DNA of 64,000 nucleotides from the IMG/VR virus record IMGVR_UViG_3300031957_002677, positions 1-64,000 of that record, one strand, 5' to 3'. Below are positions 29,606-38,269 of this stretch, piece after piece; within the stretch, counting starts at the first letter, position 1; the number at the start of each line of letters is the position of its first letter. Made by a program: the position numbers and the translations under genes. This DNA comes from a virus. The notes beneath the pieces are model-generated. The model saw nothing but the letters and a program-made list of their open reading frames with translations. It was not told the DNA's origin and searched no databases.

Positions 29606-29992
29606 TCAATCCTCCCAATGTTCATAAGACCATTTGTTATTAGTGACAGAGTAGTAAACATCTTTGATGCCACATTCTCTGAGGTATGCTTCGCAAATTG
29701 GGCAAGGTCTTGCCATCCTAAGTTCAGTTTGATTACGACCTCCCAAACGTGCAACAATAATTTTATCCCCATCTTCTTTAGATTTAACTAAAGCAGATAA
29801 TTCTGCGTGAAGATAGATTTTTTGTGGTCGTCCTACTTTTCGTGCCCAATGTGCTTGAAGTGGATGAGTTTTCTTCTCATTGTTAGTTGCACAGACAAGA
29901 ACACGATTCTTTTTAAGTAGAATAGCACCAACCTTTTTCTTTGAAGGTGATGATTCTGCGACCTCAGTTGCAAGTTTGAAAAGATTTTCCAT
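29606..29992 (-). CDS. Zn-dependent cytidine/dCMP deaminase-family protein
   Basis: KVGAIL, HAE and RPCPIC motifs. Confidence 0.8.
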   Translation of the reverse strand: MENLFKLATEVAESSPSKKKVGAILLKKNRVLVCATNNEKKTHPLQAHWARKVGRPQKIYLHAELSALVKSKEDGDKIIVARLGGRNQTELRMARPCPICEAYLRECGIKDVYYSVTNNKWSYEHWED

Positions 29993-30276
29993 CAGCAGTC
30001 TTCCGACGAGGTTTCTTCTTCAGAGTTCCAAAAATCTTCCCAATCTGCATCATCTGCATCTCTGACTGCATTGAATTTTTCAAGCAGTCGTGAACACTTT
30101 TGCTCATATCTTGCAAAGTATTCATGACTACCACGGACCTCTGCAATAATATCATCAAATAGTTCTTCCATTGATGTTTCTTCATCTGAAATGTAGTCAA
30201 AGATGACATCATTCAGACGTTCACGACGTTGCTCAGAGTAAGACATATTAAGAAATCTGTTTTTATCGTAGTCCAT
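29992..30276 (-). CDS. Acidic hypothetical protein
   Basis: Likely start MDYDKNR. Confidence 0.65.
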   Translation of the reverse strand: MDYDKNRFLNMSYSEQRRERLNDVIFDYISDEETSMEELFDDIIAEVRGSHEYFARYEQKCSRLLEKFNAVRDADDADWEDFWNSEEETSSEDC

Positions 30277-30334
30277 AAGTGATTGAATAGTAGGATAACA
30301 CATTGTAATTTAGTAGGTAAATGCTTCAGAAAAA

Positions 30335-30520
30335 TTACTCAAAGCATGGAATCTTTGATTTTGCCTCTGCTTCATACTTTTCAGCATAAACACCAGCAAT
30401 CCATTCAGTTTCGAGTTGTGTTGGTTGCTCACCGTATCCAATTTGTGGACCTAAATCGGATTTACGACCGACCCAGATACGTTGCCGAGTTTGAAGATTT
30501 GATGCTTGTGAGAGGATCAT
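30335..30520 (-). CDS. Early hypothetical protein
   Basis: Likely start MILSQAS behind promoter element 7. Confidence 0.65.
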   Translation of the reverse strand: MILSQASNLQTRQRIWVGRKSDLGPQIGYGEQPTQLETEWIAGVYAEKYEAEAKSKIPCFE

Positions 30521-30543
30521 GGTTGTGTTCCTTTGACTCTTTA

Positions 30544-30600
30544 ATAATACACGACTGAGAGGCATCTACAAGGGTCTGTGTGCCACTTGTTTCATCGTCC
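30544..30600 (-). promoter_or_regulatory. Repeated early-promoter element copy 7 (degenerate)
   Basis: AAGTGGCACA half site; CGTGTATTATTAAAGAGTCAAAGGAACAC. Confidence 0.6.
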
Positions 30601-31491
30601 AGGTGTCTCCCAACGTTTCGGCATATTAAAGTTGAACATCGAGAAAATTTCACGATCTACAAGTTTAACAACCTGACCAGATTCATCAGCAATAGTGAAA
30701 CCTTCCTGCTTGATTTGCAGAGACCCAATGAAAGACTTGGGACAATTTGTGATCTTGATACTATCCATCAGATCCTCTTTCATCTCAATCACAGTGAGAT
30801 AAAGACTTGCAAGTTTAGGACAATCAAACACCAACGTAAGCAATTCATGCGTCAGTTCTTTTTGTTCTCGAATGAAAGCATTGATGATTTTCTTACAGCA
30901 ATCTGATGTACGTTTGTCCAGGAACTTAACATCACTAACATCAATTTGTGGTGTTTTTGGTCCTGGCATCCAATCGACGCAAGGTTGAACCCACTTAACC
31001 TTTTGATTGTCAACAAAATGCTCTTTAAGTGGAGATGCTACAGCATTGCGAAGATCATCTTCTGCAAAGTATTCAGTATGAGGTGCAACAATAAACTTTT
31101 GTGTTACATACTCGGGAAATTCATAAGAGATTGTATTCTGAGTGAAAATACGTTCAGCACCCCAACCAAGAAAGTCACCTTGAAAGATTCGATCAGTGCG
31201 AGGGAGAAATTGATAAGCAAGATGAAGAATCTCTGCCATCTCACCATCATAGAAGAAATCAATTTCTTCAGATGAGTGTGCAATACGAATCTTTTTCTTG
31301 TTGAAAACTGCTTTGTTACCAACGAAAAATGTGCCAGTGGCAGGATCTTTACCCCAAACAATAGCAATACCATCCATCTTCACACTTGCATGTGTGAAAT
31401 TGTAAAGTAGATCAATGGCAGAAAGATCACCAGTCAGGATGCAATCTTCTGGATGTTCTTGGTGCTTGTTTTGCATTGTTGTGTTTTTCAT
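30592..31491 (-). CDS. Conserved cyanophage protein (DUF6267-like; ligase/nucleotidyltransferase-type motifs)
   Basis: KHQEHPED, SVKMDG, IFQGDF, EGF, KLVDR..FS..NF; start moved to 31491. Confidence 0.65.
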   Translation of the reverse strand: MKNTTMQNKHQEHPEDCILTGDLSAIDLLYNFTHASVKMDGIAIVWGKDPATGTFFVGNKAVFNKKKIRIAHSSEEIDFFYDGEMAEILHLAYQFLPRTDRIFQGDFLGWGAERIFTQNTISYEFPEYVTQKFIVAPHTEYFAEDDLRNAVASPLKEHFVDNQKVKWVQPCVDWMPGPKTPQIDVSDVKFLDKRTSDCCKKIINAFIREQKELTHELLTLVFDCPKLASLYLTVIEMKEDLMDSIKITNCPKSFIGSLQIKQEGFTIADESGQVVKLVDREIFSMFNFNMPKRWETPGR

Positions 31492-31497
31492 ACTGTT

Positions 31498-31557
31498 AGT
31501 ATGGCACGGAACGACAGGGAAATCAAGTGATAGTGGACACTTCAACCAACTGGCACA
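31498..31557 (-). promoter_or_regulatory. Repeated early-promoter element copy 8
   Basis: TGTGCCAGTTGGTTGAAGTGTCCAC-6-TTGATT-17-CATACT. Confidence 0.75.
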
Positions 31558-31650
31558 CTCAAAAACCACTCAGCAGAGAATAAGTTAATCGAGTTCCCCA
31601 ATTCATAATGATGAAGAATGAACCCACGAATATAAGTTTTTCTTTAGAAG

Positions 31651-31929
31651 TCATCGGGAAAGTCTAACATTTGAACCAACACAATGTAGTTGTTCACCAG
31701 TCCACACGTTGTGGGTACGATAATTGATTGAAGTTTCACTTTCAATGGTCCATCCATCATTAAGGTACTTTCGCAACCCATTAACATCTGTGTCAAACTC
31801 ACAAAATAACCAACCAAAGGTATCTGCGGTTTTCACTGATAGATACATATATTCTTTTTCTCTTGCCTCAGAAGAACAACCAGAGAGAAGAAAAATTGCA
31901 GTAGCAGAAAGAAGAAATAGTTTTTTCAT
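31651..31929 (-). CDS. Putative lipoprotein
   Basis: MKKLFLLSATAIFLLSGC lipobox; paralogue of the next gene. Confidence 0.7.
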   Translation of the reverse strand: MKKLFLLSATAIFLLSGCSSEAREKEYMYLSVKTADTFGWLFCEFDTDVNGLRKYLNDGWTIESETSINYRTHNVWTGEQLHCVGSNVRLSR

Positions 31930-31988
31930 TGTTTAGAAGTCATCGATGATAATGTATGGTATTTGTTCATTAAAATACTGAATTTCCA

Positions 31989-32273
31989 TCACTCATGCTT
32001 TACAAGAACAACAGAAGCACCAATACAATTAATAACTTGTGTTCCTTGATTACCAAAACCTCTTGTTTGGAATTGCATTGGAGTTTCACTTACAAATTCC
32101 CATCCATTTGCAAGATACTTTTTGATATCTTTAATGGAAGAGTCCCATCCACAATAAGCATAACCAAACGTACTTCTGGTCATAACTTTAAATTGCTTGT
32201 AACGTGGTTTTGCTTCAACAGATGCAGGAAGGAGAATTAGTGCGGCAGCAGCAAGAGGAAGTAGTTTTTTCAT
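31989..32273 (-). CDS. Putative exported protein
   Basis: MKKLLPLAAAALILLPASVEA signal peptide; paralogue of the previous gene. Confidence 0.7.
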   Translation of the reverse strand: MKKLLPLAAAALILLPASVEAKPRYKQFKVMTRSTFGYAYCGWDSSIKDIKKYLANGWEFVSETPMQFQTRGFGNQGTQVINCIGASVVLVKHE

Positions 32274-32276
32274 TGT

Positions 32277-32828
32277 TCAGAAGTTTAGATAGTTTTCGAT
32301 TGCTTTGTTGATAGCATCAGATAAGAATGATGGTGGTTGAATAACATCAAACTCACCTAGATCGCACTCATAATAGTCACCCAATTTAAGTTCAATCATG
32401 GCACCGTCAGCACCTTCCTGATAGAGAGATCGTGCTGTTTCATCTTCAACAATCACCACACGACGTGCGGTAAGATCCATCACCATCATGTAGTCAAATG
32501 TTTTTATTTGCTTGAAATCTTCTACAGTTTTAGTCTCACTCAGGAAAGATTTGACTTTAAACTTTTTTGTGGCATTGACATCTTTACGTTTATAGAATAA
32601 ATTCTTACCCATCTTCAGTTCTACTTTCTTATCACCAAAGAGAAAATCATATCCAGTTTGATCAACACGGACCAGATCTGAGAACTTTGCGATTGCTTTC
32701 TCAACAGCAGTTGCACGGGCAAAGTTATCAGCATTTGAGGTGAATCCTTTGTCACTGTAGAGAGAATCTACAACACCAAAGATCTTACCCCAGTCAGTTT
32801 TTGTTTCGAGAGAGTCAATCAGGTGCAT
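32277..32828 (-). CDS. Putative PD-(D/E)xK nuclease
   Basis: E...GYDFLFGDKKVELK motif; likely start MHLIDS. Confidence 0.5.
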   Translation of the reverse strand: MHLIDSLETKTDWGKIFGVVDSLYSDKGFTSNADNFARATAVEKAIAKFSDLVRVDQTGYDFLFGDKKVELKMGKNLFYKRKDVNATKKFKVKSFLSETKTVEDFKQIKTFDYMMVMDLTARRVVIVEDETARSLYQEGADGAMIELKLGDYYECDLGEFDVIQPPSFLSDAINKAIENYLNF

Positions 32829-33036
32829 CGTTTTGTTGAGAAAAAGTTTTTTCTGTGATAGAGTGCATATCACTCAGAATCTGTAACTCTTTAAGATGCC
32901 ATGAAGAAAGATTTGAGATAGCATGATTCATACAGTGCTGAAGAACCTCTGCTCCATCATCATACTCACACAATTCGCAGATTGTGTCCGCAAACCACGT
33001 TTCGTAATCTTTCTTAACCTTATCTGGAGTTTTCAT
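32815..33036 (-). CDS. Hypothetical protein
   Basis: 73 aa. Confidence 0.6.
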   Translation of the reverse strand: MKTPDKVKKDYETWFADTICELCEYDDGAEVLQHCMNHAISNLSSWHLKELQILSDMHSITEKTFSQQNDAPD

Positions 33037-33229
33037 CGTTCCTAGTAAGTTGCTCCACTATTTCAATGTTAGCATATGTTTCATAATATGCCAAATCCCA
33101 CAATTCATTAAGAATTGCATCATATTCTTTGTAAGATGATCCGTTTACGATACTATTCACCTGTTGTTTGCGAACAGCATCATAAACAAGTTTCCACTGA
33201 TGATGATTCAAATTCATAATATCTATCAA
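33020..33229 (-). CDS. Hypothetical protein
   Basis: 69 aa. Confidence 0.6.
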   Translation of the reverse strand: MIDIMNLNHHQWKLVYDAVRKQQVNSIVNGSSYKEYDAILNELWDLAYYETYANIEIVEQLTRNDENSR

Positions 33230-33618
33230 CCCTGATAGTATGCGTTACGATACAAATAACCACCAGTCCATTCACAATTCTCCAATAAAAATTCACGTTC
33301 TTGAATGATCAAGAGATTGAAACGAACACCTTTTGCAGGTGATTTGTATGATGCTGCCTTGTATACTTCACCAGTCTTCTTGTCAATAAAGGCATGAACT
33401 GAATCGTTTTTGCCATTTTTAGTCATGAAGATCTTGTGATACTTACGACCCATAGAATCAAGATAGAAACCAATGTTACTACCAGTTTGTGGAGCAGTTT
33501 GAGTCAGTGCATCACATAAAATGAGGCAAAACTTAGTGACATTCAACTGAATAGTGTTTCGTGCATCTTGTGTGGCAACGAAATCAGAAAATTCTTTGTT
33601 CACTGGTGTGGTGGTCAA
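33226..33618 (-). CDS. Conserved phage early protein
   Basis: GRKYHKI...SVHAFIDKKTGEVYKAAS..SPAKGVR motif; behind promoter element 9. Confidence 0.75.
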   Translation of the reverse strand: MTTTPVNKEFSDFVATQDARNTIQLNVTKFCLILCDALTQTAPQTGSNIGFYLDSMGRKYHKIFMTKNGKNDSVHAFIDKKTGEVYKAASYKSPAKGVRFNLLIIQEREFLLENCEWTGGYLYRNAYYQG

Positions 33619-33640
33619 CTGCTTTCTTCAGAACAAATAT

Positions 33641-33699
33641 AATATAGAGCATTTCTAAGGCAAAGTCAAGACCTAGTGTACAGTTCACTTACTGGCACA
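33641..33699 (-). promoter_or_regulatory. Repeated early-promoter element copy 9
   Basis: TGTGCCAGT...AACTGTACAC-6-TTGACT-17-TATATT. Confidence 0.7.
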
Positions 33700-34281
33700 G
33701 TGTACAAACTTTGTGATGGCATATCTATCATTCTCAAGAACATCTGTAACACTATGCTCAATCCAACCAGGAAAAATTACGGTTTTATTATTCTTCGTTT
33801 CAATTTCATGATCATATCTTGGGAAATATAAATTTCCTCCAGCATCTTCTTTATGACAAAGTGTTGTGGTTATTAACACATGCACCCAAGTATCTGAGTG
33901 TGGTTCATATCCATCCCCAGGAAAATATCTTCTAATTTTAGTATAATCTTCACTAGATCTCTGGTATGTAATCCAATAATCATCTTTTGCGATTAAATCA
34001 TCATAAAACTTATCATTATTGAAAAACATATTCTCACAAATCGTTAAGATGTCAGAAATATTACGATAATCATTATGATACACTGAATCTAATGATAAAC
34101 CTTTTGCTGTTGTTAGATATTTTCCTTCATCATCTTTTGCTGCCATATATCCTGCAGGATCCTTGAATTTATTCAAAAGAAAATCAAGTTCTCTCCAAAT
34201 CATGTCATATTGATCTTCATCAAATGTTTCTTCTATGATAACATGAGAGAAAGGTTCAGTGTTAATCTGGTAGTTCATCAT
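33685..34281 (-). CDS. 2OG-Fe(II) oxygenase (prolyl-hydroxylase-like)
   Basis: YEPHSD...GGNLYF...IFPGWIEHSV...RYAIT; likely start MMNYQ. Confidence 0.8.
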   Translation of the reverse strand: MMNYQINTEPFSHVIIEETFDEDQYDMIWRELDFLLNKFKDPAGYMAAKDDEGKYLTTAKGLSLDSVYHNDYRNISDILTICENMFFNNDKFYDDLIAKDDYWITYQRSSEDYTKIRRYFPGDGYEPHSDTWVHVLITTTLCHKEDAGGNLYFPRYDHEIETKNNKTVIFPGWIEHSVTDVLENDRYAITKFVHCASK

Positions 34282-34471
34282 TTTTTTCCAAGAGTTCTTG
34301 CATCGTATCCATAAAATCATCTGCTGAAGATAGAGTATCTAAGGCATGAATCATTTCACCCAATGCTTTAATAAAAAAAGGTTTCTCATTTCTTGCAGCA
34401 AATGCTAATGCTTCACGAAGATGTGTTTGAGCAGAGTCTATTTCTACCCTTACTTGATCAGATAGTGCCAT
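34262..34471 (-). CDS. Conserved small helical hypothetical protein
   Basis: MALSDQV...LREALAFAARNEKP. Confidence 0.7.
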   Translation of the reverse strand: MALSDQVRVEIDSAQTHLREALAFAARNEKPFFIKALGEMIHALDTLSSADDFMDTMQELLEKNDELPD

Positions 34472-35127
34472 TAGTTTTTTCTTCCTGTGTAAATTTTTAG
34501 GTCTTCTTCATATTCAAAATAATCTTCAAGTTCACTATCATCGCAAAAATAGTTTCCCCAACCAGTTGCAATATATTTACTCTTTGAATATACAGGATTT
34601 CCACGATGAGTATGAGTGTAAAATGCGGGCCAAATTAACATCGTCCCTGCTTTTGGTTGTACTCTAAGACCTTGCCAAAGAAACTCACTTTCACCCTCAC
34701 CTTCAGGAATGTCATTCAAATATAACATCCAAGCAACACATCTATCAACAGCACCCAAATCAGTAATCTCACAGTGCCAGTCATGAAATCCACCTCTAGG
34801 TGGAGTTTTTTGAAGTTTTACCTCATCAAAGTTTATAGAAACATAATTAGAAACCCAAAAGATTTTTTGATACTTTTCCCAGCAATACTCTACTGTTTTA
34901 ATAATAAGATCAAATGCTGGACTATGATCCAGATACCACTGATAATCATGCCTAGTTAGATGACCCATTACAGTGCCATCTATTCCCTTCCCAGTTCTAA
35001 GATTGTTGCTTGGATCATCTGGATCCTTATAATTGGAATCAAATAGTGATACTAAAGAATCACAAACATCAATATCCATTACATTTTCATAAAGACCAAT
35101 AAAATCATTATGTTTCATACGACCCAA
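34471..35127 (-). CDS. 2OG-Fe(II) oxygenase (prolyl-hydroxylase-like)
   Basis: FHDWHCE...WMLYLND...GESEF...IWPAFYTHTHRGNP...KYIATGW. Confidence 0.85.
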   Translation of the reverse strand: MGRMKHNDFIGLYENVMDIDVCDSLVSLFDSNYKDPDDPSNNLRTGKGIDGTVMGHLTRHDYQWYLDHSPAFDLIIKTVEYCWEKYQKIFWVSNYVSINFDEVKLQKTPPRGGFHDWHCEITDLGAVDRCVAWMLYLNDIPEGEGESEFLWQGLRVQPKAGTMLIWPAFYTHTHRGNPVYSKSKYIATGWGNYFCDDSELEDYFEYEEDLKIYTGRKN

Positions 35128-36512
35128 GTAATGATAGAAAATCTTGTTCCAGATTTAACTGGCATAATTTCATGTGGGTACATAAAATTAGATGGGAACA
35201 TGATCACATCACCAGCATCCAGTTTATATACCAGTTCACGATTGAATAGTGCAACTTCTCCACCTTCATAAGCATTATTCATTGACACAATCACTGTCAA
35301 TGCTCTAGGTTGTTCTTTGAATGAATCTGTATGTTCAATATAAAAGTCACCCTCTTCATATTTGAGCAGTTCATAACCACTATCCTCCTGGATTTCTAGT
35401 TCAAACTCTGGATGTGCTTCTTGATAAAGTCCGATTAAGTTTTGAACAACCTCAAACATTTGATCATCTAATTGCTTCCTAACCTCAGAATTTTCTTCAG
35501 CAATGATTGATTGTTCAGAGATACAAATTTGTTCACATCTTCTTGCTTCTGGATCGTGACCACTTCCAGTTAATGTTGCTTCCCAATAGTTTGTATTTGC
35601 ATACTCATCTAGGATTTTATCGCATAGTTCAGGATCAACAACTTCTTCACCATACCATACAAAGTCGGCAAGAGATTTAGATGATAATTTGCCAGATGGT
35701 TTTGATTTCTCTTCTACTTTAGGTTCGTTAATCAACTCTGGAGTATCCTTCTTTGTCAAGAACTTTTCATATTTGCTATTAACAATGACTACATCATCAA
35801 AGTCAATATAATCAGTATCATTTACAGGATCTTGCACAATTTCAACTGTTGAAGAGTCTTCATTTTGTTGCTGTTGCTGTCTATACTTCCGAGGAAGAAT
35901 TGTCATGTCACTTACATTAGAAAAGTTTCTCATTTGTTCATACTCCTGTAATAGTTCTTCAGTGTTAATATCTCTAAATTTATTTTTATCAAAGTATGCA
36001 GGACTACACATACCACGACTTCTTACATAATGCAAGAAAAATTGAGTGTACTCTTCACCCTCAAATTCATCTCTCCAATGTGGAGCAATACACCCCAAGT
36101 ATAGCATAGCATCACCAGGATTCAAGTTAACTGATCTATTCTTTCCTTCTGGTGTTTCAATCCAAATTGCCCAAGGTTTATCACTACCAAGGTGCAATGT
36201 CATTGAAATTTCACATCCAGGACGATCAGTATGTCTATGGAGAATACTTCCGTTTCGATATATTCTAGAATAAACGTAAGTGGGAAGAACGGTTTCACCA
36301 ATTAGTTTAGAAACTTCTGGAGTTTTATTTGCCAGAAGTTCTAATGCTGGAAGATAATCATATACTGCTGATGATTTTGGTGCCTGTTCATCACCATTGA
36401 AATCAAAGATTTCATCAGTAACAAAAAACTCTTTCTCTAATTGTGCTGCATGTTGTGGATCAATAAAATTTGGAACAACAATATAGTTGTTCTTCAATAA
36501 TTCAATATTCAT
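35115..36512 (-). CDS. Tandem double-domain 2OG-Fe(II) oxygenase
   Basis: Domain 1: HTDR..CEISMTL...PGDAMLY...HWR...QFFLHY. Domain 2: HTD...YEGGE...FPSNFMYPHEI..V.SGTRFSI. Confidence 0.85.
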   Translation of the reverse strand: MNIELLKNNYIVVPNFIDPQHAAQLEKEFFVTDEIFDFNGDEQAPKSSAVYDYLPALELLANKTPEVSKLIGETVLPTYVYSRIYRNGSILHRHTDRPGCEISMTLHLGSDKPWAIWIETPEGKNRSVNLNPGDAMLYLGCIAPHWRDEFEGEEYTQFFLHYVRSRGMCSPAYFDKNKFRDINTEELLQEYEQMRNFSNVSDMTILPRKYRQQQQQNEDSSTVEIVQDPVNDTDYIDFDDVVIVNSKYEKFLTKKDTPELINEPKVEEKSKPSGKLSSKSLADFVWYGEEVVDPELCDKILDEYANTNYWEATLTGSGHDPEARRCEQICISEQSIIAEENSEVRKQLDDQMFEVVQNLIGLYQEAHPEFELEIQEDSGYELLKYEEGDFYIEHTDSFKEQPRALTVIVSMNNAYEGGEVALFNRELVYKLDAGDVIMFPSNFMYPHEIMPVKSGTRFSIITWVV

Positions 36513-36521
36513 TTCATTCTA

Positions 36522-37856
36522 TCAACTATTCTTATCTAGTACGTCTTTAAGAGCAGCAAACCACTTGACTGCTTTTTCTGCTGGGAATGAATTATCATCT
36601 CTCTCATTATCAGTTAGTGTAGTATAAAGTTGCTCTGGATCAATACCATCCATAAGTGTTAGGATTTCATCAATAGATTTGTCTTCACCACTTTCAATTT
36701 CCTGACGTTCAATGTTAGTCCTAATAAGTTTTTCTTGCTCAGCAGCATAACCACTACTATAAGATGATTCAAGTTTTTGTTTCTGAACTTTTTTATACTC
36801 AACTTCTGCTTTTTCAAATTCACGTTCTACAGCATCATCAAGTTCGTCATATGCTTCTTCTTGAGACATTTTATTGAGAAGATCTTCATGTGCCCTCATA
36901 ATAATATCTAGTTCTTGTTCCTTCTGAATCTCAAATTGAGTTCTTTCTCTCTCCAGTTCTCTCTGAATCCTCTCCCTATTCAAGTTAATTTGATCTTGAA
37001 CTTCTCTATTCTCTAATTCAATAATCTCTAGAACTTGTTTCTGCGATTCAATTTCTATCTTAGAAATATCGAGTTGTTCTTCCTCAAGCAACCTTACTTT
37101 TGCTATCATTTCTTCTCTCATTGCTCTTTCTTTATCTTCGAGAGCAAGATTTTTCTCAGAGTCATCAATTTCACGTTCTATCTTGTCACGTTCCATTTGA
37201 AGCAGTTCTTGATACTGCTTTCGTTCTTCCACAAAGTGTTCCTTTTCTTTCTCAAAATCATGATAAAGTTCATCATATTTTTTAGAAAGTTCTAGAGACT
37301 TTTTCTCGAAGAACTCATCTGCTTTTTGTGCTTCTAACCCTGCTTTTTCGGACTCACGTGCTGCTTTTTCACGTTCAAGTTGAATATTAGCATTTTGTTT
37401 TTCATATTCTAATGCTTGCTCTTTCTTAGACTTTTCATCGTAAAGATTCTCTCTCTCATCACGAAGTTCTTTGTTCTGCCTCTGAAGATCTTCAATAATA
37501 ACAAGTTGTGCTTCTTTCTCCAGTTTATCTAGATTTAATTCCTCGATCTGAGCAGCAAGATTTTCCTCTTCTTTTAGTGCAGATTCAAGTTCTTTTTTCT
37601 CATATACATCCAAAAATGTATTGAAATAATCTAAGTATGGTTGAATAATAGTATTAAATTCATCTTCACCAAAAACTTTATTGGGTGCAGGATCTTCACC
37701 AGGAGTATCTTCATACTCTAGTTCACCTCTACCATCTCTCCATTGAATAGCATGAATAGTCTCGTCATCAAAATCCCAAGGTGCATCATCCTCAAGATCT
37801 ACAGTACGACCATCTACGATAATTTTTTTATCTTCTGGAATAATAGAAATTCTCAT
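36522..37856 (-). CDS. Small globular N-domain plus long Glu-rich coiled coil; possible fibre chaperone
   Basis: IIPEDKKIIVDG...IHAIQW..GRGELEY N-domain, then about 300 aa of E/K/Q-rich helical sequence with net negative charge. Confidence 0.7.
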   Translation of the reverse strand: MRISIIPEDKKIIVDGRTVDLEDDAPWDFDDETIHAIQWRDGRGELEYEDTPGEDPAPNKVFGEDEFNTIIQPYLDYFNTFLDVYEKKELESALKEEENLAAQIEELNLDKLEKEAQLVIIEDLQRQNKELRDERENLYDEKSKKEQALEYEKQNANIQLEREKAARESEKAGLEAQKADEFFEKKSLELSKKYDELYHDFEKEKEHFVEERKQYQELLQMERDKIEREIDDSEKNLALEDKERAMREEMIAKVRLLEEEQLDISKIEIESQKQVLEIIELENREVQDQINLNRERIQRELERERTQFEIQKEQELDIIMRAHEDLLNKMSQEEAYDELDDAVEREFEKAEVEYKKVQKQKLESSYSSGYAAEQEKLIRTNIERQEIESGEDKSIDEILTLMDGIDPEQLYTTLTDNERDDNSFPAEKAVKWFAALKDVLDKNS

Positions 37857-38233
37857 TGTTGATCCTCTTCAGATTTTGGTAGTAAGTTACTTTCTTCAGT
37901 ATTATCTAGTTGTTCGATGTATTCGGAAACATTGACACCCTGATCTTCACACATATCAAGATACATATTACCAACAGCATCTAGCATATTCTGATTGGTT
38001 TCATGTGCTTTCACCATTTCATTTCTAAATGACTCAACAGCAGAACTGGTAGATCTTTGTTGCTGACTGTTTTCAATCATAAGCATTGGCATCCATTGAA
38101 TTGCACACGACCAATGATCTACTTGCTGACCAGTATTAGGATCTTGCCCAGCAATATGTGTGTACCATGCACACTTATGTTCGACACAATCCTTTTTAAT
38201 AAGAGGACACCACTTGCCAGATGCTTTAGTCAT
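37853..38233 (-). CDS. Cys-rich fibre-associated hypothetical protein
   Basis: CPLIKKDCVEHKCAW...CAI.W.P.L.IEN...AVESFRNEMVK; ATAAATA upstream at 38253-38259. Confidence 0.75.
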   Translation of the reverse strand: MTKASGKWCPLIKKDCVEHKCAWYTHIAGQDPNTGQQVDHWSCAIQWMPMLMIENSQQQRSTSSAVESFRNEMVKAHETNQNMLDAVGNMYLDMCEDQGVNVSEYIEQLDNTEESNLLPKSEEDQQ

Positions 38234-38269
38234 AAGATGAAATTCAGTGTATTATTTATTATAGCACGA

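Noticed and set aside
25174-31569. Long N-terminal extensions given by the ORF track (starts 25212, 28261, 30565, 31569)
   Set aside because: They translate through promoter elements (hence the shared CHTNS and VLLKSQ pseudo-motifs); downstream ATGs are more plausible.
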